Source: Parasitella parasitica NRRL 2501
Taxonomy: Eukaryota > Fungi > Mucoromycota
Assembly (NCBI GenBank): GCA_025201805.1
Contig: MU619281.1
Location: forward strand, 37,944-80,969
DNA length: 43,026 nucleotides
Reading direction: 5' to 3'
This document shows positions 10,773-22,010 of this stretch, piece after piece. Below the pieces are notes generated by a model. The model was not told the origin of the DNA, made no database searches, and saw nothing but the letters and a program-made list of their open reading frames with translations. Each line of letters starts with the position of its first letter. Position 1 is the stretch's first letter. Position numbers and translations under genes: made by a program.

Positions 10773-13490
10773 TTAATAACAATCCAACATGTTGATATCA
10801 TCATCAGGATTATCCGGTATGATAGAATGAGTCATCATGTCGGCATTAATCTCGAATGCCTCTTGGTAGAGATGCTCGGGATCTAACGTCTGCTTCAGCT
10901 GAATTAGATTCACCTTTTGCAGTGCTGTAATAAGCTCGTCATCGACTTGATCGTGCTCAAAAAGGGGCCTTTTTTGTGCTGCTAAGGGAGCAGCGGCAGA
11001 ATACTGGAACAAGATCCTTTCAATGACTCGAACAGCCTCTATGCGAACCACTCTATTAGTATCAGTAGCCTATGCATATCTGGGTGAGGAGAACGAAGAT
11101 TGTGCGTACAGAAATCGCTTACTGCCTCTGCTAATAACTCTCCCGCCTTGATGTGTGTGAATAGGTGGTTGCGATGCTGATGTTTTTTATTTTGGCGTCG
11201 CTCATGGATAAAGAGCAGCCATAAGCACTCGATCAATCTGCACGCTCTAATACAGACATCGGTGTCCTCGTCCTGTATAAGGCTGCGTATAATAGTCGGG
11301 CTATATCAAACGTTTAGCATCGTGTTTAGCCAATAAAGAGAGGCAAACCTACTTTAGTGAATTCTGGTTTTTCGAGTCTTCAATCTCCATCAGCATGCTT
11401 TGGCAAGATCTATTTTCAACCAAGCAATTGATGGTATCCAACGCAGCTCTCCTGACAAAGGCTTCTGTATCATATAATAGACACGGCAGCTTTGCTGCTA
11501 GGTCTCTAGATATTTTGTGCTGTTGGATGTAATCCCAGCCTTGGCTGCATTTCAGCATCAACTGCGGAGCAAGAGAAAGGAAAAATAGGTTCATTTCTTG
11601 AGAATTCTAAAAGCAACTGAACTCGCCATACCTGCAACACTAGAACAGCGGAAGCTCTCACATACGGTTCTGCATCGTGAATGCGGGAGAACACTTGCAA
11701 GGGTAGGTGATATGTTAATGCAAACTCCACCTTGGCCGTTTTGACTGGGTCATCCGCAAACAGCTGTCCAACGAAATTAACAGCGGCATCACGAATGTCC
11801 CATTCTGTATCTAGTAATTTGTAACCTAACGCTTCTGCTAAGCCTTTGCCCTAGATGTACAAGTAAGCGCTGTTGTTTGTTTGTATGGCGATGATGCGCT
11901 TACTGATTCTGTTACAAGTGCACCGATATCTTCATGACCTAAAAGACTATCAAATGATGCCAATACAATGGAGAGGCTTTTGCAATCCATAGCGGCATCT
12001 TCCTTCATCATAATCTGGACTAATGCATGTGTGCACTGCGTTAATATTGCCGGTTGCTGATCTTTATACATTGCGCTAGTGAGCAGCTCTAAGCTTGCCT
12101 TCAGCACTCGGGAATCGGAATACATCACGTCGTGTTTCAAAACGTCAAAAAAATCAATAAACCCGGGCTTCTAGAATCTATTCGCATTAGCAATTTTGCG
12201 TTGGGCCATCTTTGTGTGCACTTACATCAAGAATTGCTGTGTCTGCTTCCAAGAGCCTGTTTACGCTGCGGATCACAAGCTGTAGCAAACTGTTTTTAGA
12301 ACGGACAGATTTCAGTGATATCCTCACGTTAGGCAGCTTTTCGCCGCCTTTGTCCATGCAAACATGCAACAACTGATGCAGTGCTGAGAATGCAGCGTCG
12401 GCGCAACAGACTTTGGCGTTTTCTCTGCGCTGGAGTAGCGTAAATGATGCTTCGAGGAGCGATACTACTGTCGCTGCATCGCTGGATGAAGCTGATTTCT
12501 CCAGCATATCTAATGCCAATCCTGATATGCTCAAGTAAGCTTGTTTTTCGCGGTCAATAGCTGCTGACAGATCTATGTTAAATATGCCCTCACCTTGTTC
12601 TACGCTGGAGTCATCGCTGGATAGATTCAGCGTAACAAGTGGATCTGGATCATAAGTGAAAAGTTGGCTGACAATCTCAAGGATCCTGGCTCTAATCATT
12701 CTGTCAGAAGATAGCAGTGAAGGTATAAAGGTGTGTAGCTAATGGCAGGGAAGTTAGCAGCCATTCTACGCGTGAAATTGTGCATTTGAGTTACCAGTTG
12801 CTTTGACCGCATATATGCAAGCGCGTTTTGACCTTTGATAGCTACAATAGCCCAACAGAAATCCATTGCTGATAGTATCTGCTTCTGATCTCCCGTGCCT
12901 AGGCTAGATTGTATTAGAATGGAGCGGATTAGCTCGGAGGGATCCATCAGCTGCAGCAACTCTTCGGATTTCAGGGTCAATAAGGCAGCAAATAGCTGGC
13001 ACGCTTCAGCAACAACATAGCTGCTTTGATCTAACAGCGCAAAGGGGATCATAGATGTTGCCTTTTTGTTATGAAGCAGCCAACCGCGTCCTTCATCGCA
13101 CCATAAAAACAAACGACATACTTCAATGCAAGCACACCGCAAGGTTGCTTCATTCGATTTGATCCCGGTTGTAACCATAGCTAGTAAGTCTGGATGACCA
13201 GACTTTAATTCCTGAAACAACGAATCTTTTCCGTAGCGAATCAATTGGCCTAAAAATCGAAGACATAGCGTAGTAACGCGATAATCTTGCTCATCTACTG
13301 CTAAACACGCTTCTTTGATCTGACGAAATATTTGACAGCTTTTATTCAATTCGATTATGGTGTGGACAGAATGCGTGGATAAAACCAATGTCAGGAAGGA
13401 GAGTACTTTTTCATACAGGGTGTCATCCACAATGGTCTTTGACATGCAAGGTAAAGCCCTTATCATGCTGGAGGCTCTTTGTATATCCAT
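10773..13490 (-). CDS. BRAT1: BRAT1-like armadillo/HEAT-repeat protein; 7 exons
   Basis: Helical repeats with BRAT1-type motifs WDIRDAA (cf. WEVRDSA), DAEPYVRASAV (cf. DPESYVRASAV), DTEAFVRRAA, and an acidic C-terminus ending DDDINMLDCY*. Six GT-AG introns splice in frame. Confidence 0.8.
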
Positions 13491-14376
13491 TTAAGTGATG
13501 TTGTTGTTGTTGCGAGTATAAAAAGGGCAATGCTGTGAAGCCTACCCCCCCCCTCCTATAAATTTGAAACATTTTTTTTTTTTTGCAATGCCCAAATATG
13601 GAGAACACGGATCATTTTTGAGTAAAGCTGATTACATGAATCTTCGCACTTTCGAGGTCAGGATCGAGATGTTGTCTTTTCCTTCAATTCCTCCATGTAA
13701 TGGCTGAAAATCGATCATCTATTTTTTTTTGGTACAAACTGTGAGAACCCATCTGGTGTGTTTGTAGGCACTTGAAACGCTTAGAAAGGGATAATTTCGA
13801 CTAAAACTAGATTTCTAGTACAATTGCAGCTACATAATGTTCATTTATCAATGTATTTTATATAGTAGTCCCTTTAGAGACAGTAATAAATAGCTATACT
13901 AAGACTTACAAGCTTTGACACATCATAAACTGACTAAAACATATGATTAACGTTATGAAATCTCGGCTAGCATATATAAAAAACAAATTAAAAGCTTTAA
14001 AGCCCCTTGTTTTTTGTACGTAATCCTAGGAAATACTGATACCATGAGGTTCAATTGAGTACAATCAGTATAAAAATAATAGACAAGATGCAATTATTGA
14101 CATTAGCTTCTATTTCTTTATGTCTAAATTCATTAAACAGCTGGATGTCAACATAAAATAGGCATGTGGACACACAGCCTTTATGAAAATTTTCTTTGTG
14201 GACAGCTAATCAAACTCTTGCCCCAGGCAAAAAAAAGTATAATGTTAAGACAAATTACTTTATAAAGCTTATTTATTTATAGTATAATTTACATTTAATA
14301 TATGAGAACAAAGAGGTATATAGAGATTAATAAAAATATATAGAATATATAGTAACAAAAGTATTTAAAAAAGAAA

Positions 14377-16040
14377 TTATTCATAAGTGGAAATAAATGG
14401 CATATTGAGGAAGCAGTTATCAGCGTCTATTGGCCAATAAGTGTTCAACGCTGCGGCCGCAGCTACATCATCTTCTAAGAGTAAATCAGATGTTGTGCCT
14501 TCGAAATCTACATATTGATCTATGTTGTAGGATGCCAAGTCGGGTACAAACCAGCTGCTGCTAGGATCAGAGAATGATTCTAAAGTGACAAATGTGTTGG
14601 ATGACGAAAAGTGGAGGTTCTTTTCCAAGCTGAATGACTGAAGATCAACGGTTTTCATGTCTGGATGTTCAGAGACAACTTGTTGAGGGACCTGCTGAGG
14701 GACTTGTAAACCATCGAGAATGTTTTGGGCCTCAACATCAAACAGCATTGGGTATTCCGAGGTGAGCAGCATATGATTGGGATCCTTATCATACATCCAA
14801 AAGTCTTGGAAGTCTTGGTGCTGCTCAGGAAGGATAGGGATGGAGCCGATCACGTCTGATGGTCTAGTCAGATTATTGTACAATTCGGCAGTGTAAGCCG
14901 AGCCGCAATGTGACGCAGTAATGGTGTCAATTGAGTCTGCTGTTGTTGTTGTTGCTTTTCTCTTTTTGGAAATGTGTGTATCGTAGGACCCCACATCAAC
15001 TGCACTATCTTCATCATCGTCTTCAGCTGTAGATGATCCAGGCTCAACAGGATTGCGGCGTTTGCCGGCTTTAGGGGGAGGTCTTTGAGGATCATTGGAC
15101 TTGCGGGTCTTGCTGGCAGGGTCAAGAGGATTGAATCGAATAATGAAGTTCTTGGGTTCAGTTTTAGGCACATCCTTTGATGCTGCCTTGCTCTGCTTTT
15201 CTTGAGCTGTCATGTTTCTGATGCGAGGAGCGACCACTGATGGTGTGCTAGCAGTCTTGGTCTTTTTGGCCTCATAATCTTCAGGGCGAGTAATGTGAAT
15301 GTTGGGGCACATGTTGTCCGTGGATAAGTCGTCCATGCTCATCATTTCTTCACCATTGGCAGCGCCATTTTCGTTACGATATTGGCGAGTTGAGAGAGAT
15401 GCATACATGCCCATGTCATGATGTCTTCTGCTATGGCCGCCGGTTTGCGACAGATTGTCGACAAAGATCTTTTCAGTGTTGAGACGGAGAGTCCAGTAAC
15501 CACCTTTACCGGGATGTGCTTGGGTAGGGCGACGATCTTCTTTGACAAACCATTTTCTGTTCAAGGAGAGGTTGTGGCGGATAGAGTTCTGTGGTATATG
15601 AGGTTAGCACTTTGCACAATGAATTCCCGGAAACTTCTTATTACCTGCCATCCTTTTTGGCCCCTCTTATAATAAGGGTAAGCTTCTGAGATCCATTTGT
15701 AGATGTCGCTAAGAGTTAAACGACCATTTTTGCTGCTCAAGATGGCGTGAGCAATGAGTGTTGCGTAAGAATAAGGTGGCTTTTCAAAGCGATCAGCTGG
15801 CTTCCACCAAGGCACAATCTGATGGGGCCAAGAGGCTCTTGTTCTAGCAGGACATGTTTCCAAATCATCGTCGTCTTCGGGTCTGATGCCAATAGGCTCT
15901 TCGTATTTGAACTTGATCTCTTTAGTTCCGTTATTGTTGAAGGTTGATTTTTTATTGATGGTCAAGTGTTTGTCGCCAGGTGATTCACGAATGATTGAGA
16001 ATTGGGACATTTGCTCCAACTGTTTTTTGTTGTTTGACAT
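14377..16040 (-). CDS. Forkhead (winged-helix) transcription factor, no FHA domain; 2 exons
   Basis: KPPYSYATLIAHAILSS...LTLSDIYKWISEAYPYY...GWQ|NSIRHNLSLN...PGKGGYW; acidic C-terminal region. Confidence 0.93.
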
Positions 16041-16909
16041 TTTATTATAAAGAGAATAGAGATGAGTGAAGAAAAGAAGAGAAGGGTATATTTCTCGACG
16101 TATTTATAAGAAAAAACCAATTACAATGAATTGAGGATACAAAAGAGAAGGAAACCCTGAAATAAATAAGCAACTATAAATACTTTTTATTTTGCAAATA
16201 TTAGTTCACTCACTGTGTAAAACGAGATGATGACAGAGATATGTAAAGACAGAGAGAGTGCAGCATGTGTTACGTTACAAGAAAAAAACGGATAGCCTCA
16301 TAGTTCTGCTCTTTACTAATGTCCCTTTTACGTGCTTATTTTTTTTTCCGCATATGATCATACTTTAATTACATGTACCTAAACGCAACGTACCTACATT
16401 CATTATAGAGAGATAAAGAAAAAAAAACACGAGAGACTGATCACAGCTGGTACAATTTAGATATATTAAATCCAGAATTGTATATATGGTGATCCTGGGA
16501 AGTAGTAAGATGGAATCATCTGTTTGTTTCATATAGACATCATATAATAACAAACTACCAAAATTGTTCATGCCTTCACTGTACTACGTGGAGCGCCCAA
16601 TTTTTTTTTTTTTTTTTTTTATGTATACAATAATAAAATGTTGTAATATAAATTAAATATCTCCTTACTGTAAAAATAAACTCGATGAAATATATGTAAT
16701 AATCAACCCATTGTCTGGTGGAGATAAATCAGAATGCAATTAAGATGTTTTTGATGAGAACAATGTAGTCAATATATTAGACAAACAATGAGAAAAGTAC
16801 GTGCGTTCATTGTGATTTATTATTATTTAATATAAAGATCTGCAAACTATATGTGGGCTTCTCCCTGAAATCGTGTATTTATATCTGCTTACAATGAATT
16901 GCACACATG

Positions 16910-17590
16910 CTAAACCAGCACGTCGCTTCTTAGCACCCATTTGCTGCCTTCAGTCACCTCCATTGCTTCGTGTAGCAGGCAGTGGGCTCCATGTCGATGA
17001 AGCAAAGCCATCCCTTTTCTCGGCTGTACAACGATCGGATCGGATTTCCGACTATCATTCCTATAAAACACTGTTTCGCCACCCTTCATATCTTCGTTCA
17101 AATAAATCAACAGTGTCCATTCGGTCCACAATCCTGTAGCTTCATCCTGAACGCTCTCGTCGTAATGTGCTCCAAAAGAATGTCCCTTCCTGTATCGGTA
17201 TACTCGAATATTGGAGTTCAATCCCTTCGGCACTTTGGAACCTCCGATGCCAGACTCTTGGACGACTACTTGCTGCATCCCATCCCACAATGTCTTTGCA
17301 AGCTTTGGGTCTTGAATTGACTGTCGGTCGTTATTACGAAATGCTTCGCCTCGTCTAGGTTTGCCCCCAGTGCTTGCCTTGGGTGGTAGATTAGTCTCAA
17401 AATACTGTATCAGCTGCTCGCATTCTTTTGCATTCAAGAATTTAGGTATCACGTATATTTGATCAGCTTCTAGCTCATCCACTTGTAGAAAATTCTTTTG
17501 CGTTAATGCTGGATATTTAGTACTAACACTGGCACTGCCACCACTTTTATTGTCTTCCGTTTTGGCCATTTTTTTGTTTGCTTTGGGCAT
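16910..17590 (-). CDS. 2OG-Fe(II) oxygenase, prolyl-4-hydroxylase-like; intronless
   Basis: FLNAKEC, RNNDR, RVYRY..GHSFGAHYD (HxD), LLIYLN...GGET, LLHEA (distal His), KWVLRSDV; likely start MPKANKK at 17590. Confidence 0.88.
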   Translation of the reverse strand: MPKANKKMAKTEDNKSGGSASVSTKYPALTQKNFLQVDELEADQIYVIPKFLNAKECEQLIQYFETNLPPKASTGGKPRRGEAFRNNDRQSIQDPKLAKTLWDGMQQVVVQESGIGGSKVPKGLNSNIRVYRYRKGHSFGAHYDESVQDEATGLWTEWTLLIYLNEDMKGGETVFYRNDSRKSDPIVVQPRKGMALLHRHGAHCLLHEAMEVTEGSKWVLRSDVLV

Positions 17591-17803
17591 TTTGAGTTTT
17601 TCTAAATAGTTGATATATCCGAAGGGAAGGAAAAAGACGCGAAAAATGTGGTGTTTCTGTATTACCAAGGTCGCACGTACTCGCCGCCAGGTTTGTGCTG
17701 CTGCGGATGACCTTGTAAAAACGCTAAATAAAGATATTGAATGTTTTGGTTGCCTTAAATAGCCTGAAGATGTAACCTAAACCCTATCGATTTTCCAGTG
17801 TAA

Positions 17804-18790
17804 ATGAACACAAGTTCTGGTAAAATCTGTTGTCTTTTATGCGTACCAATATTGAATGATGAAAATAGGTTTACAGCTTTTTTTCAGATATACGGCAGTT
17901 GACAGCACTGTTGCAAATCCTCATTAGCATGAATTAAGGTCATTTCCTCTGCCTGATCATTTCTAACTTGATGGATTAAATTTCACAAAACCATCACAAA
18001 CACAGACTTTGAGCAATATTATTTGGATCCAGCATTTGCCTTTTCGTAAAGGTATACGGGCTTTTTTATCCATTGATACTACCAAGATAATTAATATTTC
18101 AAAGTATTTCTATTGTTGCTAATGTCTCTTTCAAGGTAACAAAGCCATGTGAAGATCCTCTCTTCATTGAAATTTGTATCTCACATCGGTTTTTCATCAA
18201 GCAATGATGAACGCCAATAAAGAAAAAGAATATAGATACAGCCAAAGATAAACTTTGACATATAGTGAGGGTTTAGCGAAAACTATAGCATGTTGTTTCC
18301 AATACAATGCAAAGAGTGGTAACCAGATTCCACCTTTTACCTGTCATCTTCCCTGCTCAATTGCTTTATTAAACGACCATTCATATAAAACTTGATATGT
18401 ATTACTCTTGGGCTCCACAAAACAATTTTAGATTGAATAAAATTTAAATTCTCATGTTTGCGATTTCTAAGAAACTTTTCATTTTATCGTGGTCATGATC
18501 TAACCTCGTTTTTACCAGAAGGTCATACTATCGATTTCCTTAATTTATGTACATGTATACAAGTTAGGAAAGATACCATAACAATAGTATGTCATGAATT
18601 ATCTGCAGAATCTAATGACACACTTGATTATGTCCGAGGTTCTGTTATAAATTTATCGAACCATATCCCTTCTCGTTAAACACAAACTTTATTGCAATTC
18701 GAGAAATAGAGACATTGGCGTACAGTGCTTTGTTTCCTCTCCGTTCTTTGGGCCATGTCCTAACAACTTTAAATTAATTACAATCACGAA
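17804..18790 (+). pseudogene. Possible decayed gene relic, family unrecognised
   Basis: ATG 17804, intron-like gtaaaa...aatag, then a single coding-like frame interrupted by scattered TAG/TAA/TGA; 73-aa ORF remnant at 18458-18679. Confidence 0.25.
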
Positions 18791-19277
18791 TATCAACGCA
18801 CTGATGCCATATGATATATAATGTGTTTATACGTTTAAAAGCACCAATAGATGTAAACTCACCACGGACCACGATTTTCTATTCGTATGCATACATATGA
18901 TGTGAACTCTTTTAGTTATGTATACATTCATTCGTTTTAGCAATATATTTATACTACATAGATCAAGAATCACAAAAAAAAAATTTCTTTTCACATTACA
19001 CATGCGTATATATTAAAGATTAAGTATAAAATACCTGATAATAATACAATAACGTAAGTGCAAAATATGAACTATTAATTAATAATTGACATATCGTTGG
19101 TAAATCAATTAGCTTCAAGTCAATAATTTATTTTGCATTCTTCAAGTTCTCGAATATAAAGTATGCACCATTATACATACACAACTTAGTTATATTGACG
19201 TGTCATAATAAATGTTTAGTTGTGGTTAGAAATAAAAACATATACCGTTCAACCCGCAGTTTTATGACTTATAATAT

Positions 19278-20008
19278 TCATGCAAATTCAGCACTATCAC
19301 CATCTCTGACGTTTTGATAACCTCCACTTGGAAAGGCGCCAGGAGCATCTGACCAGTCTAAACCATCCTGAGTCAGCCTAGTATTCGCGCAAAGATTATA
19401 TCTGTACACTTACTTCCAGCATTTAATGTATCTCCTCGTTCCTTGAGATTATTAATCCCGGAATACACAGACAAAGGCTGCAAAAAGAATGTCAATGCTC
19501 ATCGTATTGGTCTCTGTGTGTCATATCATTTAAGCATACCTTAACAAATAAACTGATAATGTTAAAACTAAAGGAGCACGGTTAAAACCTGCCATCCTAA
19601 TTTCCCAAAACTTTCCTTACAATTTTGCAAATCCAAAGCCGCTTTCTCCTTGAGGATTGCCCCCATGTAGGTAAAACCATATCAAATCTAAAAAGATACT
19701 GAAACCTAAAACGCCAGTGAACTTTTGATGCAAATCTTATTAATCTAAGCCTACATTTATTCAAATACACCTACTGTTTTGAGCGGTGAGTTTGATTCTC
19801 GGTAGTTGTAAGCCCAAATGCCAAAAAAGAAAATTGGGATATTGTATGAGGGGTTAGAAGCGACTGCACCAAGTAGCGAAAGACCCTAATACAATACAGA
19901 TTAAACTGTGTTTTAATTGCTTGATGTTGGTTTGAAATTGATTACCACATGTAAGCCTAAAAGACTAGCTAAGTTGGCATGTTGGATAGTATTTTGCACA
20001 GAGTCCAT
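19278..20008 (-). CDS. AGTRAP-like (angiotensin II type-1 receptor-associated protein family) multi-pass membrane protein, 148 aa; 6 exons
   Basis: Exons 20008-19946, 19885-19775, 19721-19621, 19567-19540, 19477-19414, 19357-19278 with GT-AG introns of 53-62 nt give MDSVQNTIQHANLASLLGLHVGLSLLGAVASNPSYNIPIFFFGIWAYNYRESNSPLKTFTGVLGFSIFLDLIWFYLHGGNPQGESGFGFAKFFNIISLFVKPLSVYSGINNLKERGDTLNAGNWSDAPGAFPSGGYQNVRDGDSAEFA*. Motifs are collinear with human AGTRAP as I recall it (GVWA, IFLD, LKPLS, RERG, YQTI). Confidence 0.85.
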
Positions 20009-20570
20009 CAGTATAATCTTTCTAACAGTGAATAAAAGAAAAAGGACGCGAGTGAAACGAAAACATATGAGTCGTAATAAGCGGAAGTTATAAACCATCT
20101 GAAAAGTGCCTAATGCGTATACTGCAGTCAAATGCGTCAAAGACTACTTGGCCCAGAAGTCGACCGGCTAAGATCTTGGGTGACATTTACAATCATAAAT
20201 TTATTTTGAAATGAAAGATACCATGTACTTTTCAAGAAAGTGGTACTTGATAAGTTCCGGTTAAATTATAGTACTTGCATAAATTTCTTTATTGATCCGC
20301 GATGAATATCAAGCATCAATGTATTTGAACATTTAACGAAAATAAGATAGCAGAAGCAAACTAATTGCATAGAATATTCCGTGATAGTTATTACGATTAC
20401 CAAATTCTATCTTCAGCATACCACCGACTTCCATATGGCTCTTGATCCAAGAGTGGATATGGTCTGCCAGGCACGGTACACAAAGTATATACGGTCACAG
20501 ATTACCATAGAATGATAACAAAAAATTCTGTCAAAAGTATTGTTGAACCAAACAGTAAAATACAACAACA

Positions 20571-21452
20571 ATGGGATACGATAAGAAGGCGTATGTGTCT
20601 ATATCTTTCTTCTTTTGATATAAAAAAAATAACCAGAGCACTGTAAAGATAGGTTCAATCGAGTCAAAGGCGAAGAAAAACCGAGTATTCGAAAGGAAAT
20701 GTTTGAGCAAGATGCTATTATAGATGAAGAAGCTATCAAAGAAGATGCTGAAAGAATGGATTTGCTTATGCGTAATCTGATTCGAGGTGTCGAAGAGGAA
20801 GGAAAAAATGACGAAATTGATGGTATAAACAACGTAAAAAGCCTGTTGTATAAATTTTATTAACATTGTGATGGATCTTGTAGATATGGACGTAAAACAA
20901 GAAGAGCAGTTCTCTTTCCGACTTTTTGCTAGTGAGCCAGTTGCAACTGTTACTATTGCAGATGGAATCGATAATACAGATGACTTATCCAAAGCTATCG
21001 CTGACCAACAAGTATATGAATTCGACGAAACAGATCCTGACTTTGTAGCTAAAGTCAAGCAAGTCGCAATCGACTACAGTACTATCATAAGGCAATCCAA
21101 AATCCCTTATCCTACAACAGCCTTCCCTCTCCGTATACTACATTTATCATCATCCCAAGATCAAGCTGCTAAAAAGAAAAAGATGGCCAAAAAAAGAAAG
21201 AGTAAGAAATGTCGAGATTTCGAGAAGGCTGTCAAGGAAGGCAGAATCAAATCAGAGCCCAAGATGAGAAACCCAGCTACTCTCGATGGCTGGCCTGGAT
21301 GGCCAGGTACTTTGACAAGAACTGCTATTGTTAACTACCAACCCTCAAACCAAAAGAGAGACAGTGCGCGTAGAGATGGCTCTAGAGATGGATTTAGAGG
21401 TAGAAGCGGTAGCAGAGGAAGCGTTGGTAGAGGAAGAGGGCGTACATTTTGA
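20571..21452 (+). CDS. DUF2011-like fungal protein, basic RG-rich C-terminus; 3 exons
   Basis: MGYDKKA|FNRVK...EID|DMDVKQEEQFSFRLFAS, VAIDYSTIIRQSKIPYP...PLRILHL, Lys-rich stretch, GRGRGR tail. Confidence 0.7.
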
Positions 21453-22010
21453 TTCTCATTTAACAAGCATAAAACTGAAAAATATGATAGAATAAAGCAT
21501 ATTCTTCCCTAATTCTTGATTGCTTCTGTTAAATCGAAATTGCAGAAGTTTTGAATGATATCTACTATGTATATTGCCTGAAAATGGCCTGTATAGAAAA
21601 CCTTATGCTTAAAATACCAATCTGTGATACCGGATTTTGATATGGTTGTTTTACAATTTCAACTAAAGAAATGTCATATACTGTATTCATGATTGTTTAA
21701 GTTTTTAATAGGTACTGGTACCGGTACCTATCGTACTGCTGTAACAAAAGCAGATTAAATTTATATGACCAAAGCTATACTTTAATGTTATGATATAAAT
21801 GCTTATAAAAAATACAATCCAAATCAAATAAAATATTTTCTTTACTTTTATAAAAGTTTTGTAAATTAATAAAAGCTGTTCTTTTTAAACTGATTTTTTG
21901 TATTGAAAGAATATTGTTTAAAGCTGTGTTGATTGAGATCAGTTTAGAAGTCAATCTTTTAACATGAGGAAAAACAAATTTCAAAAACTCTCATTAGTTA
22001 TTTAGTGTTT

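Noticed and set aside
19786-19800. tRNA T-arm-like GAGTTTGATTCTC
   Set aside because: No cloverleaf can be built; it is the antisense of AGTRAP-like exon 2.
19913-20140. 75-aa ORF from the track as a stand-alone gene
   Set aside because: Only 20008-19946 is coding (exon 1 of the AGTRAP-like gene); the rest is leader and intron.
20161-20180. GGCTAAGATC resembling the U2 snRNA 5' region
   Set aside because: The branch-recognition sequence GTGTAGTA and the rest of U2 are absent.
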